From: Takakia lepidozioides
Taxonomy: Eukaryota > Plantae > Bryophyta
Length of the DNA stretch: 64,000 bases
Direction of reading: 5' to 3'
NCBI GenBank assembly: GCA_030704615.1
Contig: CM060731.1
Span: 85,312,001-85,376,000, forward strand
Every line of letters begins with the position of its first letter. Position 1 is the stretch's first letter. Positions 37,401-50,752 of this stretch are shown one piece after another. The position numbers and the translations under genes are program-made. The notes under the pieces are model-generated. The model saw only the letters and a list, made by a program, of their open reading frames with translations, was not told the DNA's origin and ran no database searches.

Positions 37401-40400
37401 AGCCTGTGTCTACAATAAGGTGCCATAGCCAATAGCTGTCCAATGGTAATCTCCGCTTTGGACTGGCATATTACTTCAGCCAAAGTCCCTTCATTACTCT
37501 GCATTTCTGCAGCTTTTTTCTTCCCTTCATCCTCACTCACTTCCTCTTCTCTTTCAGAATCAGAGGAATTTGCCATAGGAATATCAGTACTCTTTTGCAT
37601 TTCCCTTATGGTATCTGCCACTTCCTTGTGCAGTTCCTTCTCATCTCTCCAAGCCTCATCATCTTTTGGCACATCACTGCCATCATCATTATCATCACCT
37701 TCCTCATCTACTGGAGGTATTATTTTGGCTTTGCTTCTGGTTACTATCATTGTACTTACTTCTGGTACAACACATGGCCTAACCATGTGAGCTGCCACCA
37801 CTGGCCCTTCATTCACAGGAGCTCTCATCTCATTCTGGTGTCTGATCCAGAATGGATAGGCTGCCTTGCGATGTCCTGCCTGATTACAAAGTAACACAGT
37901 TCTTCCCCATTAGGTCCTCGCCCTTGGTCTGTTCTGGGATTGTTTATGTAATCCTGATTCCCTGGCTGGTAATTCCCCCTTGGATTACCCTGATAGTTGC
38001 CTTTGGAATTTCATTGGTAATTCCCTCTTGGATTCTCCCTTCCATGCCATTGTTATAACCACCAGGCCTACCATAGTGGTCCTGATCACTGTTTCTTCTT
38101 GGCTGGGGCTGCACTTGATGCACCCTTACTTGCCTAGGTTCTCTTGCAGCTGTCCTTCTGTTGTAGTAACAATTCTCAGTAGAATGGTTATCCATCTTAC
38201 AGATGGTACAATGTTTCTCCTTCATGTGGCATTCAGTGGTGGTATGGCCTTCATTCTGGCACTTTACACACCAAACACCCTTCCTCCAATGTGTTGCAGC
38301 CTCTGTGGCATACTTCTTCAAGATTTCTTCTAATCTTTTCTCATAGTTATCCCTCTTCAACTTTTCCTTCCTCTTACTCTTCCTTTTCAGCTCTTGTTCT
38401 TCTTCCTCATCTGACTCATCCTCAGAGTCATCATCATCCATTTTCTCTCTCCTGAGCATTCCCAATTGCTCAATTCTGTTTGCCGTTTCAAATGCCTCCT
38501 CCACTGTATTATGGGGTAACATATCCACTTTCTTTTGCAACTCTGGTCTTAGTCCACTCACAAACCAAGTCTTCTGTAACCCTGGTGTTGGTACAGCAGC
38601 CAGTTTTTTCATCATCAATTCCATCTTTTCCATATACTCCTCAACAGTTTCATGCTTCTTTTGATTTAACTGTTGTAAACTTCCATACACTTCATCCTCA
38701 GTTTTACTTGTCCTCAACCTATTTTGGAATGGTGTATTCAAGCCATTCCAGGTTAGGAAATGATTATCAGGGAATCTAGCATACCATTCACTTGCTTTCT
38801 TTATAAGTGAGCAAGGAAACAGTCTCATCTTGGCATCATCGCCATTCTCATTGTTCACAATACACATGTGCTCAAATTGGCCAATGTGTACATCAGGATC
38901 CCCTTTTCCTGAATATATTGGAAAATGTGGTTTTGCCCATGTTGGTTGTAACGCCATCTGTGGCCCTACCTCCTGCCCACTGACAGGTGCTGGCCCCTTG
39001 CTGGTGCTGGTCCTTGAGGACCTGTTGTAGTTGTGGTGGTACTTCCACCAAGTGTTGGCCCCTGAGCACTCCCTGCTACTGGCCCCACTATATTCACAGT
39101 ATTCCCAGCTCCAGTTGCACTACTTCCCACACTCCCTGTCCACCCAGAGCTAGATCCAGGCTGCCCGCCTGATCCCCCTGAGCCGACACCTTCGTTGGCC
39201 TGTGATCCAAGTGCTCCACCTGATCCAGGTCCAACGGGTTGGGATGTCCTGGTTGTAGTCTCAACCTCAACTGTTGGGTCTACTTCTTCATACTCTTCCT
39301 CTTCCAATTTCTTCTCTCTGTTTTCATCTTCCAAGTTCTGCCCTTGGGTTTCTTCTTCTTCACTCATGTAACTCAATTGCAATGGTGTTGGAGAGTCTGA
39401 ACTCTCCGTTGGTTCTGCCACATCCTCTCCTCCTCCTTCGTCTTCCATTTCAGAAATTGGAGTTCCTGCTTTTGGTGTTCCATGCCAACTCTTATCAAAG
39501 ATTTTTATCAAATCTTTTATCCAGGGATGTACCTCAGATCTTTCACCTCGTGATTGATCTTCTTCCTGTACCAATTCCCTTAATCTTTCTTGCAAAGAAA
39601 AAGAAGGAGTGGCATCCAACTCTAGTTCTTCCGGTATGGGTGATGTACTCTCTTATCTTAATGGTGTGAGAGGTCCAGATGATTCCCCTATGTCTATTCC
39701 TCTCTCCCAAAGATACGGATAATTAGCTTTCAGATAACTTTCTCTTTTTGCTGAATATCTCTGGAGTCTAGCTTCTCTTTCATCACTCATGTCCCATGTC
39801 TTTCATTTCTTTAATGTGGCAATAACCAAAACTCTCTTCTATAGTATCTCTCGTATATGCCCGGGTTTCTTTCAAGCTTCAATGCACCCTTGGCTATACT
39901 AGAAGTCTCCGTTACCATATAACCATATGGCAAACAAGTCTGGAAAGCTGTTCTTGGTGTGAGTTTGATCCACAGAATATCCTTTGGAATCCAATTCTTT
40001 ACCAGTACAAGCTCCTCATGCATATGAGTATAAACATTCACCTTCCTTTCCTCCCAGCCTTCAAACTCTACTCGCTTAATGGATAGCAATGTTATCACAT
40101 AAACCAGTGTTGGTAACCAACGTGCTCTTCCGCTACAGGCCACCTGATAAATCTTTATCACTCCTTTCTCCAGACCCCACTCAGGGTCAGCATCATGCAC
40201 TCTCTTAAGAATGTTTTTCTTACAACCGTCTGGCAATTCCAAGAACCTCTGAAAGAATCGTTTGGACAATCTTTCCTTCACAGTTTCACAGGGAATTTGA
40301 TTCACATCAAATTCTTTAATTCTCCAACCACCATGATCCCACCAGATGCCTGTCACATCTGGTTGTTCATGACCCAGTTCCCCAGTATGGTCGCCAAATG

Positions 40401-41261
40401 TCGAGCGGCTTTTACTCACCCATCCCTTCGCTATCCGAGGTGGAAACTCCAAGATAGAAGAGTTGGATATCTCTAAGCACTCAGCCCGCTCAGAACAATC
40501 AGTCATGACCTACAGCTAGTGAATCATGGTTGTGCTTCCTATTTGTATTCCTTCCTGCCTTCATGTTATCAATTTACCTTACCGTGTATACTGAAGCATC
40601 AGATTGCTTCAGTATCTACTAAGTTCCAGTTAATCATGCATTCATTCCACAACTTCTCTCGTGTCATTCTACAAAGTATGTTTGTATCGATTCAGTATTG
40701 GATTAAGATTAATCATGTATCATGCCTATGCCATGGTGTCTCTATTCTATCCTACTCTATAATTCTATAGCTTGCATGAACTAAGCCTCATTCAAGTCAT
40801 CTTCTCCTCTACACTGTTTCCCTGCTCTCTGTTACGTCTCCTCCTCTCCTGAACAAGTCGCCCTCCTCCAGAAGTGATCCCCTTCCCGTTACCGCTCTCC
40901 TCATCTTCCCGCAAGCTGTTCTAACCACCTAACTAACTAACCGTCACCCCTGAAGTAACACGTTCCCTCTGCAGATGTCGGTCCCTCACAGTCGTTCCTT
41001 GTCAATGATAACTGTTCCCCATGTACTGTGACAGGCTGTGTCAAGCTGTGCCGAGCTGTGACTGGCTGTGTAAAGCTGTGTCGGGCTGTGACTGGCTGTG
41101 TGAAGCTGTGTCGGGCTGTGTGGAGCTATGTCGGGCTGTGTAACCCCCTTAAAGCCTGCTCCTGCCACCCCTTAGACTCCTGTTGGTCTCAGTCTGCGCA
41201 AAAGTTAAGGGTACCCCATAGAACCCGTAAAAGTGTCTAAGTCCCAAGCAGCCCTTTAACA
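34414..41261 (-). mobile_element. Non-chromovirus Ty3/gypsy, 3'-truncated: LTR (41261-40564), long gag with CCHC knuckles, protease, RT, RNaseH, integrase
   Basis: gag (FPCSL..KASEWY), CVKCQNEGHTTTEC and CTICKMDNHSTENC, protease VLIDGGS, RT MDGFSGYNQ/MPFGLCNAPATFQR/FLDD, RH NYSTTEREAL, IN GGHFG/WGLDFVGP/SDQGSHF; many stops. Confidence 0.92.
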
Positions 41262-41351
41262 GGGAGGAGAGCACTTCTTGATCATCAGCAGAGGAGAATA
41301 GGCGGAGAACATGAACTGGAGCAAGGATGGAGTGATGGAGGTTAGCTATTT

Positions 41352-41394
41352 CATGAGCATGAGCGGCATGAGCGGCATGAGCGGCATGAGCGGA
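41352..41394. repeat. 9-bp tandem repeat CATGAGCGG (x4)
   Basis: Direct reading. Confidence 0.85.
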
Positions 41395-41586
41395 GTAGCA
41401 AGACAATCGGTTTTCATGAGCAGAAGTACAAGTTTCGAAAATAAAAAAATTATAAAACATTAATTTAATGGAATGTGTCAGAAAAAAAAAATATATTATT
41501 CGGCACCTTGAAGGGGAAATTGTAGTTTTGAGAGTTGTGCTCATGATATTCGTCTTCCGCTCATGCCAATTCCCAGCGACATGTGC

Positions 41587-41872
41587 AAAAATGGCGTCGA
41601 ATTTCGCGGTAATAGGGTCCGTAACCGGAAAGAATCGGACGTATTCTGCAGTAATAGGTCTCTCTGGCGAAAAATGTGTGTAAGCCCAAAATTTGGAAAT
41701 GTGGCGCCGAATTTCGGTACATGGTGCCGGGGATTGCACAGATGTTGGGCGATTCTGGGCCATGTAACTGGAAATTCGGCGCCATTTTTCCAGACACAGG
41801 GATACCAGTGCATGTTGGGACTTAGCCAGTTTTCGGCCCAAAATAGAGAAATTCGGCGCCATTTTTCCAGAA
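41587..41872. repeat. Cluster of degenerate GAAATTCGGCGCCGAATTTC palindromes downstream of transposase copy 2
   Basis: Four variants at ~41588, 41695, 41770, 41848. Confidence 0.7.
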
Positions 41873-42025
41873 ATGGCCCCACAACTGCTTCTATTGGATC
41901 TCAGTTTGAATGGAATATTGCCTCATTCCAGGAGTTTTGGGGTGCATTTCATTACACTACAAAAAAAAATCTGATACATGAAAATGCAATTGAAAATATC
42001 CATATGAAGGATTCCCTTTGCCCCA

Positions 42026-45000
42026 TCAATGATTTCTGGAATCCCTAAGGAGGAGTTTGTGCAGCTCGTTCACGCTCAACGCCGGTGCATGAATAAAGTC
42101 ATCAATAGTCACGTTCATCCTCAACCTCTTCAGGTAAATGTAATACAGATGCTTGCACGGATAATACTTTGAACCCTTCTTTGCTTCCATCAACGAGAAG
42201 TCCGTACAATTGCAAGTCGGCTCCACTCCAATCGTAATTGTGTATACATCGTCGCGTACAGCCGAGCCGGCCGTTGCCATCCGATAAACACGCCCAAGGC
42301 CGGGTGGAGGTACGTCCACGGAGCTCTGAATAGTGCAAGCCATCCCAAGAGCATTGGCAATCCGAGTCTCATTCAACTTGTTGGGAGGGTGTCGTCTCTT
42401 CACTCTTCCGAATCGCATTGTGGGATGTGCAGAATTGTCCAATCCGTCTCTACTGGACCGAGCAGTCTGCAATGGCTGGGTCTGAGGAACTGGAAATGCG
42501 TGGGCCGGGACGTCTGTGCGTTGCACCATTCAAAATCCTGTTGCAGATAGAGCATCCGCCTCATTCTGAGAGAGGCTGCAACCCGGTGCAACAGGCCAGA
42601 CGCCCGGAGGCTCCGGCATTCCCTGAATCCCGTATTTGGGCTTGCCAAATACACAGGTCATTATGTCGTGCCTACAGAACCAAAACGTCTGCGTTGTGGC
42701 GTGAGCAAATGTGGGAGTCAAAAATCTGCCGCTGAAACAAGGTGCAGGTATAGCACCGTGTGGGTTCCTCCGAATCATCTCACCACAGCGTGCTCTCGTA
42801 TCCACCCGAATGGCGCAGCACTTCCCTCGAAATGCCGGCAATGTCCTTGCAATTCTCCACTGTGACTCCGACACTCTTGTCTCCACAATGGGTATGTTGT
42901 ACTGCGTTACTACAGATGGCTCGTTATGTTCCTCGGGCACGTGCCCTGTGCTCAAAGGAGATGGCGATCTTGAACGTGCAGGACTTGCGGTGCTCGACGA
43001 GACCTTCTCGGGCAACATCACGGGACCACGAGGGAACGTGCGAATATTCTTGTCAGCTCGCCATGAATCCTCTTCCCCGCCAGGTGCCTCGTCAAGTCTT
43101 CGTCTCACTGGACGGGTATGAACATCTCCTTCCAAATGTTGGCCTCTTCGAAGCAATGGCGTGTCCCGAAGGCCCTCTTGCAAGGCCGCCGCCCACTTCC
43201 GAGGATTCTTCAATCTGGAGGCAGTCCGCATCAGCATTTCATGCCTGTCCAGCCCCAAGCCCCACTGTTTCCCTTTCAAGAACTCGTTGTACCTGCATTG
43301 CTGCATAATTGACCTCACAATGTCCTCCGTTGTGGCAGTGAGGATGTCCACCATATGCGCCGCAGAGGAGGCACGCCAGGAAGAATGCACTGATTCGGCC
43401 ATGTTTGTCGTGGGCATGTCGGTGTCGGAGTCGAAACACATTTCCTGCACAAGCACATGTTGAGGTTACAAGCAAGTTACAATGCCCAGAATAATATTCA
43501 ACGGGACGCGAATTCGTGCAACTCACCTCCCGCATATAGTCGCCGAACTGGAGGAAACGATAATGCCACCATGCTAGCCAACTGACCATTGCTCCCTCGT
43601 CTGATTTCCTTACAGCACCTGACGATGTCCACCAAGCCCGTATATATGCAAACTGTGTCTCTGCATCATCCAAGGTGGGAGCGCGCTTCCACGCAAGACA
43701 CATGGAACGGTGCTCCTCTCTGAAATCTGGCGCCACGAGCCTGGTTGTGTACTGCGAAAGGCTCTGCAGAAAATGGAACCCACAAGATCTCTCCTTGCCT
43801 TCCATGGGAACATTGGGGTCTTGCCCGTACACCCTTCGGATGGCAGCCCAATTTGCTTGTGCGTTGTCCGCCATGAAACCACGGAAATTGGGAGGGGGCA
43901 ATCCCGCCTTGGCCATCTGTTCATTTATTCCCTGCCAAAGAAACATCTCCAATTGTGTGTCCTCTCATTTCATCTCACAAATAGCAATTGTCATTAGCAT
44001 CCTGCAGTGGGTGTCGTAGACATGTGCACCCATTGTCACCCACTGGTGATTTGTAATTCGTTTGATATGGTCGAACATGACCCAACTGTTTGACAAGTCC
44101 CCACTCGTCATCCTGTCAACCAGTTCGACGCCGCTGCTAGGTCCACACGTGGACATTTTGAATACGAAACAACGATCTGCCTCAGTCCCTTGTCCTGGAA
44201 ACCTACTTCCATGAATGTAGTCATATCCACATCATCGCTTCACCTCCAGAATGGAGTGCATATCCGAGCCACGCCCAATTTTCTGTTTGCATGAGACAAT
44301 GTGGTTTCGGACATTTGGTGAACAGACGTGGGACACCGACTCCAGCAATGCCTCCATTTCCTTGTCATCGAGAGGAACTCTATCGGAGCTGTCTTCCAAC
44401 ATAATTCTGGCCAATGCCATCTTATGGGCGGCTTGGAGATGTATCTGTTTGGGTTTGGCACCCGGTCTCAACTTAACCTCCTCCTGAACGAGCTACTCTG
44501 CCTCGGGGGCAGCCTCCCGCGAGTTCCCCCTCGCCAATTTGTGACAATGGGAACCAACGTGTATGCAAGCTCAGGTGAGGTCAGGGAAACGGTGCAACAC
44601 ATAGAACTGCTTGGCATTACAAACAGACATGCAGTGTGGTGGTTCTTTGCAATGCGCACACTTAAATGTGGAGTTCGGAACCTTCTCCTGAGCTCGAAAT
44701 GGTTGATGAGCTGTGCCTGTCCAATCGGTCTTGTTCCTGTGACCTCTGGATTTAAAGTGGAAGCAAGTTGGGGAGAAACACCGCAACGCGCCCGCACAAA
44801 CAACGTAGCGCACCCGCACACCATCGAGCATCTTCATGCTGGTGGTTTTGGTGACGCATCAAGGATGACCGTCATGTTTTCTATCCATATCTGTCAACAT
44901 TCCGGACGCCCTCGAGTAGTCCGTCCGAGGAGGGAACTCAAAGAAGATATTACCGTTGACGTCTGCGGGAAGGCAAGTAACCGATTTAATTGCGAACTTG

Positions 45001-45614
45001 CTGTAGTCCAGCCCGGCTAGCTCCGAGCGGTGTCTCTCCATGTGAAGCCCTTGCAGAATTTCAAGAATGGATCGAACTGCGGTGCTCGTGCTGGGAATAT
45101 GACTCCCTCGTCCACTGACGTCCATTGAGGACTTGCTTGATCTCCAGGACGATCTCGGAACTTCCATGACCTCGTCGGAGTCGGACAGGTTGTGAACAAC
45201 CCGGTTCTCGATCGTCTTCATGGATGGGTTCAGCTCTGGATTTACTTCGTTGCGGACTTCTCTCTTTGAGGTAACCACTCTCTGATTCGCAGATTGTTTC
45301 GTGGAAGGCGCCAGGATAGAAGGTGCATTTGGCGGGCAAATGAAGTCCCCAACAGCCCTGTATATGACGTTGTCCGATGGTGGAACTCGCCATTCCCTGC
45401 CATCGCCGAAATCATCGTGGAGCACAACAATACTCTCGACATCAACGCCGTTTGAGTCCTTCCTTTCCTCCTCCAAAAAAACCGACCCCGGTTTCAGGTG
45501 GTATCGAACGCACAGATATTTCTCCATCACTCGGCAGATGTCCCCTCTGCACGGAAATGAAGCTCTATGCTCATGAGGAGGGCAGTACACTGTAGCGCTC
45601 GGGTTTTCCGCCAT
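42026..45614 (-). pseudogene. Near full-length Mutator-like transposase, copy 2 (GCM/WRKY-like Zn region, DDE, SWIM)
   Basis: CAGALRC..C / CAHCKEP..C...HVGSHCH; VMFDH, FMADN, CGFH, TTNMAES; SWIM CNCTDF...CKH; 82-bp intron 43526-43445; several stops and frameshifts. Confidence 0.88.
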
Positions 45615-45879
45615 GGGAGATGTGCACACAAGACTCCCAGGATGGCGTGCGGGCAAGCTCCCTGGTAGAAGGGGGATGCAGCGATGGGAAGGAATGCGGT
45701 GCCGATTTGTCCGAGCGACAAAGCCTGATCTAAATCCAGGGAGCCAACTATCTCAAAAATCCACTGTCAGAGTGTTAATGAACCTTGTCTCAGGAATGCG
45801 GCCCCTGGTCTTTGCGCAATAACTGCCAACGGTATGCAGTCAGAAAGTGGGGGGCCGTCCGGATGATGTCGGCTGAAGG

Positions 45880-47588
45880 GGAGAAGCCGGCACCGTGCCG
45901 TCACATTACTACCCCCGGATGAAAATTCGGCACCGAATATCCAGCAAGGGCCGCACGTATGAAGTCTCCTCGGGCAGAGAGGCCGGAACCTGTCCGACAG
46001 AGAACAACCCCCGGATGGAAATTCAACGCCAAATTTCCATTCGGATCCCCCCAAAGGAAGTCGTGTCGGGGGGTTAGGCCGAAAACTGGCCGACATATAA
46101 ACCTCCCCGGATGGAAAAACGGCGCCGAATTTCCATCCGAGGCCGTTCGGATGCAGTCGGCTCGGGGGAAAGGCCGCCACCTGGCCCTCGCATTACAACC
46201 CCCCGGACGGAAATTCGGCACCGAATATCCAACAGGGGAAGCCCGGATGAAGTCGCCTCGGGCGTAGAGGCCGGCGCGTGTTCGCCAGAGAGCATCCCCT
46301 GGATGGAGATTCGGTGCCGAATTTCCATTGGGCCCCCCCCAAAGGAAGTCGTGTCGGGGGGGCAGGCCGAAAACTGGCCGACATTAAAACCTCCCCGGAT
46401 GGAAAAACGGCGCCGAATTTCCATCCGAGGCCGTTCGGATGCAGTCGGCTCGAGGGAAAGGCCGCCACTTGGCCCTCACATTACAACCCCCGGACAGAAA
46501 TTCGGCATCGAATATCCAACAGGGGAAGCCCGGATGAAGTTGCCTCGGGCGTAGAGGCCGGCGCGTGTTCGCCAGAGAGCATCCCCTGGATGAAGATTCG
46601 GCGCCGAATTTCCATCCGGGCCCCCCCAAACGAAGTCCTGTCGGGGGGCAGGCCGAAAACTGGCCGACATTAAAACCTCCCCGGATGGAAAAACGGCGCC
46701 GAATTTCCATCCGAGGCCGTTCGGATGCAGTCGGCTCGAGGGAAAGGCCGCCACTTGGCCCTCACATTACAACCCCCGGACGGAAATTCGGCACCGAATA
46801 TCCAACAGGGGAAGCCCGGATGAAGTCGCCTCGGGCGTAGAGGCCGGCGCGTGTTCGACAGAGAGCATCCCCTGGATGGAGATTCGGCGCTGAATTTCCA
46901 TCCGGGCCCCCCAAACGAAGTCCTGTCGGGGGGGCAGGCCGAAAACTGGCCGACATAAAAACCTCCCCAGATGGGAAAACGGCGCCGAATTTCCATCCGG
47001 GGCCATTCGGATGCAGTCAGGGAGGGGGGAGAGGCCGGCACCTGGCCGTCACATTTCAACCCCCGGACGGAAATTCGGCACCGAATATCCAACAGGGGAC
47101 GCCCGGACGAAGTCGCCTCGGGCGGAGAGGCCGGCACCTGTCCGACAGAGACCATCCCCCGGATGGAAATTCGGCGCCGAATTTCCATCCGGGACCCCTC
47201 AAAGGAAGTCCGGTCGGGTGGTGAGTCCCAAAACTGGACGATATAAAAACCTCCCCAGATGGAAAAACGGCGCCGAATTTCCGTGCGGGGCGGTTCGGAT
47301 GCAGTCGGGGAGGGGGGAGAGGCCGGCACCTGGCCGTCACATTTCAACCCCCGGACGGAAATTCGGCACCGAATATCCAACAGGGGACACCCGGACGAAG
47401 TCGCTTCGGGCGTAGAGGCCGGCACCTGTCCGACAGAGACCATCCCCCGGATGGAAATTCGCCGCCGAATTTCCATCCGGGCCCCCTCAAAGGAAGTCCG
47501 GTCGGGTGGTGAGGCCCAAAACTGGACGATATAAAAACCTCCCAGGATGGAAAAACGGCGCCGAATTTCCGTCCGAGGCCGTTCGGAT
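45880..47588. repeat. Tandem array, ~288-bp unit x ~6, three palindrome copies per unit
   Basis: Period visible (46971 vs 47259); perfect 36-bp palindrome CCCGGATGGAAATTCGGCGCCGAATTTCCATCCGGG at 47158-47193. Confidence 0.95.
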
Positions 47589-47694
47589 TTTCCTCTAGTA
47601 GTCAAGGATTCCATGAAAAACGTGTCTAAAAGTGGACTTCAGCCACAAAACTAACAGTTTAGTTTGTTTTTCTCCGAAAAACCAAGCGGCCACG

Positions 47695-48560
47695 CTCAGA
47701 ATTACCTGCAGGAAGGTAATTCGGCGCTTCGACTTACCTGGCGAATGGAAATTCGGCGCCGAATTTCCATCCATCCGCTCCGAATTACCTACGTGGCGGA
47801 AATTTCGCGCGCCGCCCTACCTGGCAGGATGGAAATCCGGCGCCGAATTTCCATCCATCCGCTCTCCGACCAACCTAGCGGATGAAAATCCGGCGCCGGA
47901 TTTCCATCCATCCGCTCCGAATTACCTGCGTGGCGGAAATTTCGCGCGCCGCCGTACCTGACAGGATGGAAATCCGGCGCCGGATTTCCATCCATCCGGC
48001 TCCGAATTACCTGCGTGACGGAAATTTCGCGCGCCGCCCTACTTGGCAGGAAAGAAATCCGGCGCCGGATTTCCATCCATCCGTCTCCGAATTACCTGCG
48101 TGGCGGAAATTTCGCGCGCCGCCGTACCTGGCAGGATGGAAATCCGGCGCCGGATTTCCATCCATCCGGCTCCGAATTACCTGCGTGACGGAAATTTCGC
48201 GCGCCGCCCCACCTGGCAGGATGGAAATCCGGTGCCGGATTTCCATCCATCCGTCTCCGAATTACCTGCGTGGCGGAAATTTCGCGCGCCGCCTTTCCTG
48301 GCAGGATGGAAATTCGGCGTTGAATTTCCATCCTGCTGCGCTCCGAATTACTTGCATGATGAAAATTTTGCGCACCGCCATACCTGGCGGATGGAAATCC
48401 GGCGCCGGATTTCCATCCATCCGCGCTCCGAATTACCTGCAGGATGGAAATCCGGCGCCGGATTTCCATCCATCCGCGCTCCGAATTACCTGCAGGATGG
48501 AAATCCGGCGCCGGAATTCTATTCTGCTGCGCTCCGAATTACCTCTACGTTGGAAATTCC
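47695..48560. repeat. Tandem array, ~85-bp unit (some ~53 bp), about 11 palindromes GGATGGAAATCCGGCGCCGGATTTCCATCC
   Basis: Direct reading. Confidence 0.95.
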
Positions 48561-49989
48561 GGGCCGAGTTGCGTCATATTTCATCCGACAGGGAGGGCTT
48601 CATCCGACATTTAATTGCGTAGTTGGGCATTAAATGTCCACCGCCGTCCGTTTTTATTCGGGCTGGCGACACATGGCTTCCTCGATACGTACCCTAAATT
48701 TGATGCTAATCTTGGATTAACTTCTATTCGAGGCATGTACCCCAAAAAACTGAGATCTTTTTCCATTTTGGCTGGGACTTATGCCGCCTGAAGGGCGTGG
48801 CTCTCCTGAGAGAGACCTCACATCCAGACTGCGGCGGAAGTTGAAAGCTTTGTACTACGGATGACGGCCAATCTCTCGCATGACCAAACTTAAGCTCCAG
48901 CAGGGGATTTCAGTGTCTTGCTCACAACCCGCGCCAACTGAAGCCGAGTACTCTCAGGCAAGCCACTTCTGCTTTCGCTTTGTTCGCTTTCGCTTTGTTG
49001 TTTCGTTTTGTTTTTGCATCTTCATCCTGGCATCGCTGGAAGCGTATGGCTGCATCGCAAAAGCAGTAGCTGTTGTGAAGAATGATCAAGGTCTGAGTGG
49101 TTAAAAATTAAGGAAATCCATGCTGAGCTGAGAAGATGAAGTGCCTTCAAAACATTTCACCCTGTTTTCCCGTCTTATGGAATTCCTGATCATTTGTTCA
49201 TCGTGTTTCATATTACCGGTTGAGTGAACCTTAGATAGTTTGCAATGCGTGTGCAAAGCCGACAGCTCTGGAGAAGGCTGCTTGTGCATGTCATTCTTAG
49301 GCATTGGTTGGATTTGTTTTCGTTGTTGTTCCATGGCACTCCATACTTCCTAAACTTTGTTTTGTTTTCATTGTTGTTCCACGATTGTTGCTATGGTGGT
49401 TGCGCTGCTCGTTGCGATGCTGGTTTTGGCACCGATGTTGGTTCTGACGATTTTGGGAATGACAGAGTGACGACGAGCCCGACACGCTGGTGGTATCATC
49501 GACCGCTCCAACTCATCGCATGTTTGAATCGCCCAACTTGGGGCGAGAGGGCAAACTTCAACCTTTTGTTGGTGGACAGGAGGACCTGCAGCGAGGGTAC
49601 GACAGAATAGGCATTGGGGAGGTTGGTGCAGGCGGCATGGCAGGTGAAGGGCGTGAGGACGTGAGGACAGCAGATCCGGCAATGGAGGTTGTTGATGCAC
49701 ATGCAGTAGGGCCCGCCCACGCAAAGAAGAAGAAGAAAGCTAAGCACATGCAATCCCCGGCGAGAGAGCCGTCACGGCGATTACAAGCATATGAGGTCAA
49801 GGAAACAACAGAATTGCTCATACAATAGGCAAATTGAACTGATGGAGGGGTTTTCAATGGAGGTTGGCGCCGACTAAAGGTAAATGGGTCCATGGATACG
49901 ACGACAATCATGGCATATTATAAGAAAATACGATTCCTCCGCAAGGAGTACATCCCAATTATCCAATGGCTCTCATGATTGCAGAGGAT

Positions 49990-50330
49990 AATCGGTGCCG
50001 ACTTCCGTTGGCGGATGCACATATGGAGACTTTGCTTCAATGAAGTCGGTGCCGATAATCACCCAATGCGGCCCCATAAGCCACCAACAGTGTGGGTTTA
50101 TTTCTTACCTCAGTGTAGTCGTTGCCGACTTTCAAAAGAGGAGGCAAATGTGGGCTCCGAGTAGGACGACCTCATACCCGAGAACCTGCCTTGTTGTCCA
50201 ACATTTGCAATTCATATCCTAGGGTTTCGTTGAAGTCGTTAACGACTTCAAGTACTGCATTTCTTTTGGTATTCCAATCCGGTGCCATCGTACGATTTCT
50301 ATTTCGAATTGGAAGAAGTCGGTGCCGACC
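49990..50330. repeat. Dispersed AAGTCGGTGCCGACTT-type palindromes upstream of transposase copy 3
   Basis: Variants at 49990, 50043, 50117, 50230-50251 (perfect 22-mer TTGAAGTCGTTAACGACTTCAA) and 50316. Confidence 0.65.
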
Positions 50331-50752
50331 ACAGTTTCATTAGAACGCGTCGCGAGGATGTGAGGGTATATGATAATGAAGAAGTTTTATTCTACGTGTA
50401 ATGCCTCACATTCTGTTTCTATTCATAAAGTTTATTCTCCTTCCGCAATGGTAATGCGATGTGAAACATTTCTATGGTGGCGGGAAAGTGGCCGATAGGG
50501 TGTGCCTCGTGTACTTGAAATCCGCGCCAACCGTTGCCACCACAATCGTGAATGGATGGAGACGGATGGAAAATAGTATTAAACACTAACGGATGATAGA
50601 TTTTCATAAATTTTGGACTGTTGATAGTCCGCTGCATAGATTCCATGCATGCTTGCTGCTGCTCGTAGGACTGGGGTCTCCGTGTCCACATGCTCTGTGC
50701 ATTTTTCCATTGTACCACACCCGCGCGTGTTCGATAGCACTATGGCGGCGTA

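Noticed and set aside
32113-41261. Single DIRS-like or TIR element with inverted termini
   Set aside because: It has a DDE integrase and no tyrosine recombinase, both repeats are 5' LTRs followed by gag, and the flanks differ (CAAGG vs GGGAG).
45880-48560. CRISPR array (30-36-bp palindromic repeats)
   Set aside because: The intervening sequences are themselves repeated, no cas genes are present, and the context is eukaryotic.
45767-48633. Many overlapping ORFs (MEIRRRISI...) as genes
   Set aside because: Artefacts of GC-rich palindromic repeats that are open on both strands.
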